DNA of 64,000 nt from Bdellovibrionales bacterium (lineage in GTDB: Bacteria; Bdellovibrionota; Bdellovibrionia; Bdellovibrionales; UBA1609), in NCBI GenBank assembly GCA_965261545.1, contig CBDHDF010000007.1:352001-416000 (forward strand), read 5' to 3'. Shown here piece after piece: positions 31,025 to 42,094 of this stretch. The stretch's first letter is position 1. Every line of letters begins with the position of its first letter. The notes under the pieces are model-generated. The model did not search any database. It was not told the origin of the DNA and saw only the letters and a program-made list of their open reading frames with translations. Both the position numbers and the translations under genes were made by a program.

Positions 31025-33169
31025 GTTCCTGTCCAGGGAAGAAAGTTAAGTAGTTTTAAGTATTTACATGCCTTCCCTTTAGATTTTATGCTTTAAAATG
31101 GAGTCCATCAAACATAATCCGTGTAAATTCAGTTACTTACATAAAACGGAAAAATAAAATAAGTTCCCCCCCCTCTCTTGACGAACCTTTCACAGCCCCT
31201 CCCTTTCAGTGACTTATGTGGCTATCAACTGGTTACTTGATATGAGAGGAAGAGTTGGATCAACCTGTGTTTCCACCGTGGTGATTTCAAACCTCCTTCA
31301 GGGAAATAACATTACGTTGCGCATCAACTTCAAAAAATACTTGACGTGTTTTTTCAGAGAAATAATTTTTGATATTTTATTCTTCATTTATTTTTTATGT
31401 AGGTTTTAGGAGGCGTGGGAACCTCTCTATGAGGTAGAATTCTTATCCATGTTCTCCGAGAACCTCTCTGATTTTTTTCTTCTTAAAAGACATCCTTGCT
31501 CACTTTTTTCCCTCAAAAAAACGTATGTTAATATAAAAATTAAAGAGAAACTTTCACCAAAGGGGGGACTATGCGCCATTTGAAGAAGACACAGTTGGGA
31601 CTCTTTTCCCAATATCCTAACCACCAACTCAGTACAGAATTGCAGCAAATTAATAACATCATTGATCGCCATCCAGAGTTTGCCCATATGGTTCATGAAG
31701 ACCTTGTTAAAGAAAAGAAAGATTCTGGTGATATTGGTATGACATCGGAGCAAGTTCTCAAGGTGGCTATTCTTAAATCCATAAGAGGTCTTTCCTATCG
31801 TGCGTTAGCCTTTAATCTTGTCGATTCAGTATCCACCAGAGCTTTTCTGGGCCTTGAATTGGAAGAAAATTACGCTCACTCCACCTTACAGGACTTGATT
31901 GTTCAAATAAGTGAAGAAACTTGGGGAATTATTAGCGCCTCTTTAGTTTCAGATGCAAGAGATCAAAAGATTGAGCCGTGTAAGAAAATGAGATTGGACA
32001 GTACAGTGACGAAATCAAATATTCATCATCCAACGGATGCATCCCTTTTATATGACTGCATAAGAGTTACAGAAAGAGAATTTAAAAAAGTTCGTAAAAA
32101 TGTCATGAAAGATTTTTGGCGACTTATTTCAAGAGAAGATCTTAAGAGAGCAAAAACCTTGCTTTACAAAATTAATAATTCCAAAAATGATGCGGAAAGA
32201 CTACCTTGCTATAAGGAGCTTTTAAAAATCGCTACCAAATTGAACAAAGGATTACCTGATACCATCAGAAAGATAAAAAAAGAACAAAAATGTGTGAAGA
32301 TGAATGCTTTGAAAAAGAGTCTAAAACAGTTAGAAAATGTTGCCTTCTACCTGGAAAAAATCATCTTTCAAACTCAAAAAAGAGTTATTGAGGGGAAAAA
32401 AGTATCTTCTGAAAAAAAGGTCCTATCCATCTTTGAACCGCATACAGACATTATTGTAAAGGGGCAAAGAGAAGTCGAGTTTGGGCATAAAATCTTTTTG
32501 ACCTCAGGGCAAAGCAACATGATTTTAGATTGTCAGATCCCTGATGGCAACCCCGCAGACTCTGATATGTTTTTAAAAGTTATGAATTCAGTGACACAAA
32601 CCTATGGGGCTTGCCCTGTAAAAGTAAGTGCAGATGGTGGGTTTGCTTCAAAAGAAAATCTTGAAGAGGCCAAAGAGATGGGGGCTAAAGATGTTTGCTT
32701 CCCAGAAAAAAAAGGAATGAAAATATTAAAGATGGTTAAAAGTGCTTGGGTCTTTAAAAATCTTCTCAATTGGAGAGCCGGAATAGAGGCTGTTATTTCA
32801 TTCCTTAAGAGATGTTTTGGTATGAGAGTTGCTTACTGGAAAGGGCATGATGGTTTTAAGAGGTATGTAAAGAATGCCGTTTGTGCCTATAATTTTGTTG
32901 TCTTGGCAAGACATGAATTATCAACTGTCACCTAAATTTATCCATTAGGAATAACAGCAATGGACCAGGTCGAAGGTGCTAAAATCTTCCAAAGGTAGGG
33001 GTGCGTCTTCAAATCGAAAAAACTAGGGCGCAAGTCGCTTAAAGACCTTTTTCCCCTTAATCTGTAGAGTTTGTGTGGCAAATCTCCAACTCTCACTCCC
33101 CCATTGAGGCATTGGGAGGCTCAATGGGGAGTGTCAGAGAACAAAAAATGGGCCTTTCTGGACAGAAAC
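31025..33169 (+). mobile_element. ISNCY element D, copy 2
   Basis: Same ends as copy 1; 6-bp DR TATATA. Confidence 0.88.
31571..32935 (+). CDS. ISNCY/IS5-like transposase, copy 2
   Basis: Same protein as 19393-20757. Confidence 0.9.
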   Translation: MRHLKKTQLGLFSQYPNHQLSTELQQINNIIDRHPEFAHMVHEDLVKEKKDSGDIGMTSEQVLKVAILKSIRGLSYRALAFNLVDSVSTRAFLGLELEENYAHSTLQDLIVQISEETWGIISASLVSDARDQKIEPCKKMRLDSTVTKSNIHHPTDASLLYDCIRVTEREFKKVRKNVMKDFWRLISREDLKRAKTLLYKINNSKNDAERLPCYKELLKIATKLNKGLPDTIRKIKKEQKCVKMNALKKSLKQLENVAFYLEKIIFQTQKRVIEGKKVSSEKKVLSIFEPHTDIIVKGQREVEFGHKIFLTSGQSNMILDCQIPDGNPADSDMFLKVMNSVTQTYGACPVKVSADGGFASKENLEEAKEMGAKDVCFPEKKGMKILKMVKSAWVFKNLLNWRAGIEAVISFLKRCFGMRVAYWKGHDGFKRYVKNAVCAYNFVVLARHELSTVT

Positions 33170-33321
33170 TATATAGCTCAAGCCTTGTTTGTTCATATTC
33201 TTTATGTTTTCTTGACTATAAAACCCTTTGTCCATCACTAAAATATCAAGATTTAACTTATATCTACCCACAAGATCTGTTACATTCCTCAGTGTCGTTA
33301 CATCCGTAATACTGCCAGGGT

Positions 33322-33390
33322 CAATGCCGTTTCCTTAAGAAAAATCTCTTGAAATTATTAGATAAATCGACAAGAATAAGACTTGTTTTA
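33322..33390 (+). mobile_element. Solo left end of IS4 element A
   Basis: CAATGCCGTTTCCTTAAGAAAAATCTC... is the reverse complement of 13837-13905; truncated by the IS256. Confidence 0.85.
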
Positions 33391-35278
33391 GAGCCTGTAA
33401 ACTATTTTGTGTAACTGCCGAATCATATTAGGATGAACTATCATCCTGAAAGGAGAAGGCAGAATGGATATCAAGACAATAGGCAAGGAACTAGCGAAGA
33501 ACGTCAAGACCCAAAAGGATTTATCCGACATAACGGGTCAACTGATGAAGGTTGTTTTAGAGACGGCCCTTAATGCGGAAATGGACGATCACCTAGGTTA
33601 TGAGAGGCATGAGAAGTCTGAGACCCGCAAATCCAACACTCGCAATGGTTACAGTAGAAAGACCATAAAGGGAGAGAAAGGCGAGGTGGAGCTTCAGGTC
33701 CCCCGTGACCGAAGTGCCTCCTTTGAACCTCAAGTCATTCCCAAGGGTAAGACTCGTCTTGAGGGCTTTGAAGACAGTATCCTGACCCTCTATGCGAGGG
33801 GAATGACGACCAGGGATATTCAAGGAGCTATCAAAGACCTCTACCATGGTGCAGAGATATCCCACTCAGTGATAGCCAACGTGACGGATGCTGTTATTGA
33901 TGAAGTTACGGCTTGGCAGAACCGCCCCTTGGATAGCACTTACCCTATCGTATTTTTGGACTGTATCGTGGTGAAGGTCCATCAAGACAAGAGAGTTATT
34001 AATAAGGCGATTTACCTAGCTCTTGGTATTACAGAGGAGGGTCAGAAAGACTTGTTGGGCCTATGGATTTCTGAAAATGAGGGTTCAAAGTTTTGGTTGA
34101 GTGTTTTGACTGAGCTGCAAAATCGAGGGTTGAAAGATGTATTTATATTTTCTGTAGATGGTCTTACAGGTTTTCCTCAAGCCATTTCAGCGGCTTTTCC
34201 CAAGTCTAAAGTGCAACTGTGCATTGTCCATATGGTCCGCAATTCCCTTCGCTATGTTCCTTCCAAGGATATGAAAGCTGTCGCCCAAGACCTCAAGTCC
34301 ATTTATGGCTCTACGACTCTGACAGAAGCTGAAAAGGCCCTTGAGGAATTTTGTACCAAGTGGTCTTCAAAGTATCCTAATATTGAAAAGTCTTGGCGTA
34401 GGAATTGGGACAATCTCATCACTATTTTCGATTATCCGGATGAAATCAGAAAGATTTTTTATACCACAAACGCCATAGAGTCGTTAAATAGCGTGATCCG
34501 CAAGGCGATCAGAAATCGTAAGATATTTCCCAGTGATCGGTCGGCTTTAAAAGTTGTATATTTAGCGATAAAAATGGCCTCTAAGCGATGGACACGACCA
34601 TTACACAACTGGAAGCCAGCCATGAACAGGTTTGCCATTGAATACGGTGACCGTTTTGACAACTAAGTTTTTTAATAAGGTCCACCACCTGCCTTATAAG
34701 GGGGCTTAAAAGCCCCTCTAAGGCGTTGACAGAAGTACTGGAATACCGAGACTATGGTTAGGGTAATATAGTATGGGAACCTAAATACATGCCCTCTTGG
34801 TGCAGATTTGGGTTTCCATTTTTTTTCATATTTCATCCCAATTCTGGTATTTCTCGAATATCCTAAGTTAAAAAAAATAAAAAAAAGGGGGTAATATAGT
34901 ATGGGAACCTAAACACATGAACCCTTTGATGAGATTGGAATTTCCATTTTTTTGAGAGAGCCATTGCTGATTTTTTTTCAACCAAGATGATAATTATTTA
35001 TTTGAGTTCTTTCCAGTTCTGATATGATCCCATTACGGCTCCATAATACAATCAAAAGTCCAGAGTAACTAAAGAGGCCATTATATAGACCAGCGAAGAT
35101 GTCCACCTCCCCATTAACTTATAATGCATTGTGACTGACAAAATCGCTTGAAGGAAAAAATGTCAATTATACATTGACGAATAATATGGGACTGTGCTTT
35201 TTACCAGGAGTGGAGCCACATAAGTGGCTTTAAGATTTAAGAAAAAAATTGCAGTTACACAATTATTTTTACAGTCCC
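33391..35278 (+). mobile_element. IS256-family element J
   Basis: IRs GAGCCTGTAAACTATTTTGTGTAACTGC / GCAGTTACACAATTATTTTTACAGTCCC; no matching DR; ~610-bp 3' non-coding region. Confidence 0.85.
33464..34666 (+). CDS. IS256 (Mutator-like) transposase
   Basis: RNGY, VPRDR, VFLDCIVVKV, QLCIVHMVRN, YTTNAIESLN. Confidence 0.95.
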   Translation: MDIKTIGKELAKNVKTQKDLSDITGQLMKVVLETALNAEMDDHLGYERHEKSETRKSNTRNGYSRKTIKGEKGEVELQVPRDRSASFEPQVIPKGKTRLEGFEDSILTLYARGMTTRDIQGAIKDLYHGAEISHSVIANVTDAVIDEVTAWQNRPLDSTYPIVFLDCIVVKVHQDKRVINKAIYLALGITEEGQKDLLGLWISENEGSKFWLSVLTELQNRGLKDVFIFSVDGLTGFPQAISAAFPKSKVQLCIVHMVRNSLRYVPSKDMKAVAQDLKSIYGSTTLTEAEKALEEFCTKWSSKYPNIEKSWRRNWDNLITIFDYPDEIRKIFYTTNAIESLNSVIRKAIRNRKIFPSDRSALKVVYLAIKMASKRWTRPLHNWKPAMNRFAIEYGDRFDN

Positions 35279-35777
35279 TTGTCATGTTTTAAGATTATAA
35301 AGAAAGAGCCTTATTATTTTTATAAGTATTGGTGTGAAGAGTCTTACGTTTCCAAAGAAATTTCTATGGGATCTACCAAAACTAGTAGACTTTTACACTC
35401 TATTGGTCAAGACGAGAAAAAGATAGATATTTTTTTTACAAATTGGATAAAAGATCTTAAATCTACTGGCTCTATCCTATTTGATATTACATCTATTTCT
35501 TCTTATGGCTCCAAAAATGAATTTTTGGAGCGAGGTTACAATAGAGATGGCGAAAATTTAGAACAAGTAAATTTGGGTTTGATTGCAGAGCTTCCAGCAC
35601 TAATTCAATAGGCTTACCTTTAGCTTACAGGGTATACCCTGGCAGTATTACGGATGTAACGACACTGAGAAATGTAACAGACCTTGTGGGTAGATATAAA
35701 TTAAATCTTGATATTTTAGTGATGGACAAAGGATTTTATAGTCAAGAAAACATAAAGAATATGAACAAACAAGGCTT

Positions 35778-37650
35778 ATTGGGTAGAAGGGCCGGTTACC
35801 CGACCCAACCCCCGTTCCCACCCATCGTGCCCAATTAAGGCAATAGGCGGACGATAACTCTACTCACTCAACTATATCAATACAGTTTGTGTACTATGCG
35901 AACCCTTGGTGGAGGAAAGTTAGCAAGGAACCTGTTAAACTTATTCCAATCAAAAGATCTTCGCTGACTACGTCTGTTCATCCATTTGAAGAAAATCCTA
36001 ATGGCGTAGTGAAAGAAATTCTTCACTCCTTTGTAATTATCGGAGACAGCATAGTACTGGGCGTGTCCTCTGAGCTTCTTGCAAAACCTCTCCCACAGCT
36101 CGCACAATGTACCTCTGTGACGGTTGGCTCGGCACCACTCTTTGACTACCTGTAGCTTCTTCCTTATTCTACGTCCATTGGATTTAATCTTGGGCAGTAT
36201 GCGCCCTCTGCGTTTACTTATGTAGAAGGTGAAACCTAAGAAGTCGAAGGTACCTTGCTTCTCACCTCGTCGAGCCTTGGCTTTAGAAAAGGTGATACGC
36301 TTGGTTTTCTCTACATTCATCTTAAGGGAAAACCTCTCGGTTCGTCCTTGGAGTGATCTGTAAACCTTCTCAGCATCCTCCTGAAGTTCACAGCAGAATA
36401 TGATGTCATCGCAGTAGCGATACATTTCCACTTGTCCTCTCGTGTACTTCTTGACTGCACCTTTGAACCAAATGTCAAAGGCGTAGTGTGCAAAGATATT
36501 CGAAAGGACGGGGCTGACACATGAGCCTTGAGGTGTACCCTCATCGGTCATCCTGAGCTCCCCATCAGACAAAACTCCAGCCTTCAGCATTCTCACAATA
36601 TACCTTATGAATCTTTCATCCGTGATTTTCATCTTGAGTATGGACACTAATTTCTTATGGTCGATAGAACCAAAGTAATTTTCTAAATCCAAATCAATGA
36701 TATAGCCCACTTTCCCATGATAGAGATGCTGGTAGCACTGCCTGATGGCAGTGTGACAGCCTACTCCTCGACGGAATCCAAATGAACAGTCTTGGAAAAT
36801 CGGTTCATAGATGGCTTCGAGAATTTTACTGAACATACGCTGGACCATCTTATCCTCTAGGTTGCTGATCCCCAGTGGCCTGAACTGGCCGTTGTCTTTG
36901 GGAATGAGCACTTCTCTGACCGGGGAGGGGCAGTAGGTCATAGTTTTCATGCGAAGAATTAGATTATCTATATTCTTGGCAAGGTCTTGCCTATACTCCT
37001 CCTTGGTCACTCGATCTATTCCCACGGCCTTCCTCTCATCCAACTCGTGGAAACATCTGGTGAGTGACTCCCTGTTCACGTGAGGCATAAGCCCCATGAA
37101 AACCATCTCGGGATTCTTACCAGATAGTTGAGCTACCTTCTTCAGTTTCGTTTCCGTAATATTATTGGACTTTGTCTCTCCCACTTACGTTTCCCTTCCA
37201 AAGTTAAAATTACCTGAATCCCTTCCCTCCACGGTCATTACTCGCTTCATCAGTACTATGGATTCGCTGACTCCCCCACAGCTATTTCACCATCCTTGCT
37301 GTTTAGGCTTGTTTGGCAATACCCCATCCTAGGGAACTATGAGGGTCTCCCACGTTCACAAATACATCTTCAAGAAGTGCCGTGCTCTCAGACCCCGGCG
37401 GTGCCACCCTGTTCTCCTCAGTTAGAGCAGAATGATGTTGTCTTCCACCTTACTCACAGTGTCGACCACCACACATGGAATACTTTCGAGGCTCAATCAC
37501 TTCAACCTTGCGGCTTACGGCCCTTCTTTCTTGCTATCTACGCTTAACTCATGTCATTACCTCCTTGAGCCCAAGACTCGCTGCGAGGTGTGCTGAGGCA
37601 CTTCCTCGTGTGGACTTTCACCACCGATGTATTTGCGCTTCGTGGCGCAC
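35778..37650 (-). ncRNA. Group II intron (complete)
   Basis: 5' GTGCG at 37650; 3' ...CTACCCAAT at 35778; domain V at 35816-35851. The uninterrupted junction TAGCTC|AAGCC is present in G copy 1 at 33174-33184. Confidence 0.92.
35877..37184 (-). CDS. ltrA: Group II intron reverse transcriptase/maturase (no endonuclease domain)
   Basis: RPLGI, SFGFR, GTPQG, RYCDD, FDFLGFT; maturase X domain ending WMNRRSQRRSFDW. Confidence 0.92.
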   Translation of the reverse strand: MGETKSNNITETKLKKVAQLSGKNPEMVFMGLMPHVNRESLTRCFHELDERKAVGIDRVTKEEYRQDLAKNIDNLILRMKTMTYCPSPVREVLIPKDNGQFRPLGISNLEDKMVQRMFSKILEAIYEPIFQDCSFGFRRGVGCHTAIRQCYQHLYHGKVGYIIDLDLENYFGSIDHKKLVSILKMKITDERFIRYIVRMLKAGVLSDGELRMTDEGTPQGSCVSPVLSNIFAHYAFDIWFKGAVKKYTRGQVEMYRYCDDIIFCCELQEDAEKVYRSLQGRTERFSLKMNVEKTKRITFSKAKARRGEKQGTFDFLGFTFYISKRRGRILPKIKSNGRRIRKKLQVVKEWCRANRHRGTLCELWERFCKKLRGHAQYYAVSDNYKGVKNFFHYAIRIFFKWMNRRSQRRSFDWNKFNRFLANFPPPRVRIVHKLY

Positions 37651-38165
37651 GAGCTATATAGTTCCTATGAGCTTCAGCACTCAGAAATCTAAAGAAATTT
37701 TATTTGACTTGCATGACAAGTTATTATCTCCTGGATCATTATTTGCTTTCTATGAGCAAGTATACTCCTACTCTAAGAAAGAAATAGAAATTGGAAGTGA
37801 AAGTTGTATGGCTCATGTTTTTTTAGAAGGTAAGAGGCGGTCTGATCAGGAGTCTATTTTTATAAGAAAGATATCAGATTTAGAAAATCTGTAACTATTC
37901 AGGGGGTGCCGCATTAATTCGAACAATTTTTTTAAAAAAAGTATAAAAATTCTTGACAAGTTTTTGAAGCAAACGACCTCTTTCATTTGTTCTTTATCGA
38001 ATATGTTCCTACATATGGCTTAAACTCTCTGAGAGCCATAGTATTGAAAGATTGTGAAACATAGGTCGCGGGGGGCACTTCTCATTCCTTTTGCTTCTTA
38101 GAACGAATCCTAGTGCATTTTTTTTTAATGAAAAAAAGGCATGTTAATATTTTCATAAGGTAAGT

Positions 38166-38788
38166 ATGAAAATAGAAAATATTGACGTGTCTTCAGCCAT
38201 AAATAAAATCAGGAAGCTTCTTAAGAAAGAGAAGTCCCTTTCTCCCGCTTTTATTGTGGCCATTGAGTTGTTGATCAAAATCATCACTATTCTAGTAAAT
38301 CAAAAAAAATTAAATAGTCAAAACAGTAGTATTGCCCCTTCTCAAGATCCGAATGGCCCTAAAAAGAAACCTAAGGAAGAAACTGGTAAGAAGCCAGGAG
38401 GACAACCCGGACACGAAGGAGCTACTTTAAAACCCGTGGATACTCCAGACAAGGTGGAGTTCATTTCTATTAATAAAGAGGAACTTCCTCCAGGTGATTA
38501 CATTTCTTCTGGAGTTGAAAAGCGTCAAGTATTTGAGGTAGACCTTTCTGTGCATGTCACGGAGTATCAAGGAGAAATCCTCGAAGACCAAGATGGGAAT
38601 CAGTGGGTTGCAGGTTTTCCAGAAGGAATCAATAACCCAACTCAATATGGCCCTTCTGTGAAAGCTCACTCAGTTTATATGTCCCAGTTTCAGTTAATCC
38701 CTCATCTTCGAGTCGCAAGTTACTTTAATCAATGGGGTCTATCACTTGCTGGATCTACGGTACACAATTTTAACAAATCTGCCTTTGA
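38166..38788 (+). pseudogene. IS66 transposase N-terminal half
   Basis: NSQNSSIAPSQD, KKPGGQPGHEG, RQVFEVD. Confidence 0.88.
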
Positions 38789-38874
38789 TGTTAGCTGACA
38801 ATTAAAATGCCCCACCGTCGCCAATGAAAAGTGGCCACTTTTCAGAGGAGGACCTATGGTGATTTTTGGCATTG

Positions 38875-38985
38875 TCAACCGAGACGCATATAATCAATTG
38901 ATATTACTCATAAAAAGGCTCCGAGCTGATCAACCGAGACGCATATAATCAATTGATATTACTCATAAAAAGGCTCCGAGCTGAT
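38875..38985. repeat. 55-bp tandem duplication in K left region
   Basis: TCAACCGAGACGCATATAATCAATTG...CCGAGCTGA occurs twice. Confidence 0.9.
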
Positions 38986-39272
38986 AAGAACTCCTTTTGG
39001 GTTCTTGTCGACCTGGAAAGGGGCTCCGTGTTGGAGAGTCCTTCCATGACAGCCTATTCAGGTTCCATATTTCTCATTTGTAGACTGTTTCTGGATTTCA
39101 ATGAGGTTAAATATATAGTCAAGAAAAGCCTGTTTAGGCTGTGCCCATTTTCTAAAGTATTTAAATTCCACAAGATTCCAACATTTGCCTCAATTTTCAT
39201 GGAATTTCTTTCTGAAGACAGGCTTCCCTTAAAGCCGTCGCCAATTAAAATGTCCCACTTTCAATATGGAGG

Positions 39273-40877
39273 TTGTCGCCAATGAAAAGTGACCAATCTT
39301 CAGGGAGTGTTCAAATACTAGACAATGAAGTCTCTTCTTCTGATATAGATACTAAGCTCACAGAGTCCCTCCCTTTTGCAACTCAAAAGGTTAGCAATGA
39401 GGAGGATCTTATGATTAGTCAATACACTTTCGGCCGCATTCGTGACCTGAGTCACAGTGGTAAAAATAAGACAGAAATATCTCGTGAATTAGGGATCAAT
39501 CGTAAGACGGTGCGCAAGTACTGTGAGTCCAACACCCCACCGAAGTACAAGGCGAGGTCCAAAAGAACTCGCCCAGATCCCCTTAATGGATATATGGATC
39601 GGGTGAAGTACTTTTTGAAGTTGAACCCAAGTAACACCGCCCGTGAAATATATGAGCTATTAGTTGAGGAGGGTTATCGTGGGAGTGAGAGAACGGTTCA
39701 GAGAAGAGTTTGTGAGATTCTTGGTTCTCGCCCCAAGGAGCGTTTTTTCAGCCAAAGATATGATCCTGGAGAACAGGCTCAGTTTGATTTTAAGGAGAAG
39801 GTTGCTTTACCATTTGCCGATGGTGTTCAGATCGTTCATCTCCATTTTGGAACATTGCCTTGTAGTGGCACCTGTTGGGTTCGTGCCTACCCCTTTCTTG
39901 TCTATGAGTGTTTCATCGATGGGGTGCATGCTTTTTTTGAAAAGATAGGTGGGATGAGTGCGAACATCCGTATTGATAATTTATCTCCCTGTGTGAAGAA
40001 AGTTCTTAAAGGAAATCAGCGAATTTACACCCAATCTTTTGATCGAGCCATCCAATACTATGGATTTAAGGTTCTTCCCTGCCGCGCAGGGAAGGGCTCT
40101 GACAAGGGAGATGTGGAGCGTGATATTCGAACCTTCAGTTCTCGGATAAAAAATATTGTTAGAAACAAAGGAATTGTTTTTAAAGACTGGGATCATTTGA
40201 ATCAGTTTTTAGAGTCTTATATGGATCAGCATCAGAGTGACTCCACCAAATCTCGCTTTGAGGAGGAGGCCAAAGTTCTTAAGCCTTTGCCTCCACGAGA
40301 TGAAGATATTCTCTGTAAGGTGAATATTTGTCAAAGTAATGGTTATGGGACTTTGAGAATAGGTAAAACCACATATTCCATACCTGATGAGGTGATCCAA
40401 TCTCCCTGTAAAACCGTACAGGGTCCCTATCATGTCACGATCTATCGTGCAGGAGGGAAGCAAGAAATTGTCGCTCGCCATCAAAGAAAACCTGATGGGG
40501 AGCATAGTCTTCTTCTTGAACATATCCTTCCCTCTTTAGTTCGTAAGCCGCAAGCCATGGTAAGATGGGCTCACCGATCCATTCTTTTTCCAACAAATGT
40601 GTTTGAAAATTTTTATCAATACCTCAAGCAACAAGATTCAAGCCGTGCCGAGCATGAATATTTAAGAGTTATCAACTTGATTCAGCATGTGAGTTGGCAG
40701 GACTTATCTACAGCCATGGAGCTTCAATTAGAAAGTCGTGAGATTTTCGACTTTAAATCCATAAAAGATTTGCTCTTAGGCAATCCCACCAAAATTAATT
40801 TGAATGACCAACAAAAACCACTTCAACCTAGATTGTCTCAATATGACAGTCTTGTTCCAAACATAGGAGGTTCTTAA
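39273..40877 (+). CDS. istA: IS21 transposase IstA
   Basis: HTH (ISRELGINRKTVRKY), PGEQAQFDF, RIDN, KGDVERDI. Likely start is the ATG at 39411 after GAGGAGG. Confidence 0.9.
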   Translation: MSPMKSDQSSGSVQILDNEVSSSDIDTKLTESLPFATQKVSNEEDLMISQYTFGRIRDLSHSGKNKTEISRELGINRKTVRKYCESNTPPKYKARSKRTRPDPLNGYMDRVKYFLKLNPSNTAREIYELLVEEGYRGSERTVQRRVCEILGSRPKERFFSQRYDPGEQAQFDFKEKVALPFADGVQIVHLHFGTLPCSGTCWVRAYPFLVYECFIDGVHAFFEKIGGMSANIRIDNLSPCVKKVLKGNQRIYTQSFDRAIQYYGFKVLPCRAGKGSDKGDVERDIRTFSSRIKNIVRNKGIVFKDWDHLNQFLESYMDQHQSDSTKSRFEEEAKVLKPLPPRDEDILCKVNICQSNGYGTLRIGKTTYSIPDEVIQSPCKTVQGPYHVTIYRAGGKQEIVARHQRKPDGEHSLLLEHILPSLVRKPQAMVRWAHRSILFPTNVFENFYQYLKQQDSSRAEHEYLRVINLIQHVSWQDLSTAMELQLESREIFDFKSIKDLLLGNPTKINLNDQQKPLQPRLSQYDSLVPNIGGS

Positions 40878-41659
40878 TGAATCACGAAGAACTTATAGGT
40901 TCTCTTAAAAAACTCCGACTTCCAGCGATGGCGGATGAATATGTTGCAACGGCTAGAGTTGCCGAAAAAACAAAAAAGACGTATGAACAGTATTTAGGTA
41001 TACTCGTTCAAAATGAGCTTGCTGACAAGCATTCCCAGAGAGTGAAAAGATTGCTTAAGGGGGCCAAGCTTCCTCAACTTAAATCACTCCAAACTTATAA
41101 CTTCCAGAAAAGAACGGGAGTGACAGCTCAGCAAATTAATTGGATGGCAGAGGGAGAGTGGGTCAGAAAAGCCTGTAATGTTGTGTTTTACGGAAGCTTT
41201 GGAATGGGGAAAAGTCATTTGGCCATGTCCCTAGTTCGTTCACTCTGTGAACAAGGCTATCGATGTTTATGGGTCACCACTCATGAACTTATTGAAACAA
41301 TGCGTGAAAGCAAGAAAGAACTCTCATTGAATGCTCTTTTTAAGAAATTAGACCGTTTTGATCTTATTGCTTGTGATGAACTTGGCTATACAGCTTCCTG
41401 CACAGAGGGGGCAGATCTTTTCTTTCAATTCATATCTCAGCGATATGAAAGGAAAAGTCTCATGATCACTACAAACTTAACATACTCTGAATGGGATAAG
41501 GTGTTTCTTAACCCTATTACCACCGCTGCTGCTGTTGATCGAATCATTCACAACTGTGAAACCCTCAACATTGAAGGAAAAGAAAGTTGGAGAACCGAAT
41601 CGGCAAAAGCCAAGTCTAAACAGAGCAAAGAGGAAAGTTCAACCAAAGAAGTTCATTAG
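40877..41659 (+). CDS. istB: IS21 helper ATPase IstB
   Basis: GSFGMGKSH, IACDELGY, ITTN, AVDRIIH; TAATG coupling with istA. Confidence 0.92.
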   Translation: MNHEELIGSLKKLRLPAMADEYVATARVAEKTKKTYEQYLGILVQNELADKHSQRVKRLLKGAKLPQLKSLQTYNFQKRTGVTAQQINWMAEGEWVRKACNVVFYGSFGMGKSHLAMSLVRSLCEQGYRCLWVTTHELIETMRESKKELSLNALFKKLDRFDLIACDELGYTASCTEGADLFFQFISQRYERKSLMITTNLTYSEWDKVFLNPITTAAAVDRIIHNCETLNIEGKESWRTESAKAKSKQSKEESSTKEVH

Positions 41660-41686
41660 AGATCCCCACTTTTGGGGAAGGAACTC

Positions 41687-41784
41687 GCCAGTTATCCACA
41701 AAATTTATCCACAGCAGCACTGCGTTGCTAGACATCGGGGTCACAGCCGCAGTGTCGCCATGGATAAATTTATGGATAACTGGC
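41687..41784. other. Conserved ~100-nt imperfect palindrome with DnaA-box arms (in IS21 K)
   Basis: GCCAGTTATCCACA...TGGATAACTGGC; homologous to 54229-54334. Confidence 0.8.
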
Positions 41785-42094
41785 TTTTACCGTACTATTT
41801 ACTCGTCACTCTTGCGGAGCTTTAGACATTAGCTGCGCCAAGGAATCCTGAAAAATACTCCATTTACCTCTGCCATAGGGCTGAAGGATGCATTTGGGGT
41901 CATGCCAAAAGTGGTGGGCAGAAAATCATTCCTCAGAATCTTGTGGCATAGTCCGAGTTAAATGATGAGCAAAATAAAGACACTTGACTAAACTCTGAAC
42001 GAAGAATAACTAAATCAGTACATCATCAACTGGCCGTTTTTCATTGGCGACGGCTTCTAAAAATGGCCAATTTTAATTGGCGCCTAACATTTGA

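Larger units (their letters stand above)
25300..33321 (-). mobile_element. IS1634-family element G, copy 1 (5'-truncated, interrupted by H, I and D)
   Basis: End CCTGAATTCTACAAAAATGGTAAC. Transposase pieces at 25315-25458, 27364-27949, 30930-31024 and 33176-33321 (LYRRKDCVEKVF, VMDKGF). Confidence 0.8.
38789..42089 (+). mobile_element. IS21-family element K
   Basis: TGTTAG...CTAACA ends; 5-bp DR TTTGA; reiterated CGCCAAT(T/G)AAAA sites. Confidence 0.9.

Noticed and set aside
35877..37184. Retron, DGR or defence RT
   Set aside because: Group II boundaries, domain V, a maturase domain and an intron-free allele are all visible.
37332..37340. EBS2-like match to the 5' exon (GGAACTAT)
   Set aside because: It falls in what appears to be the domain II stem, not domain I; likely coincidence.
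41692..41713. oriC from DnaA boxes
   Set aside because: Only two perfect boxes, inside an IS, with no unwinding element or dnaA context.
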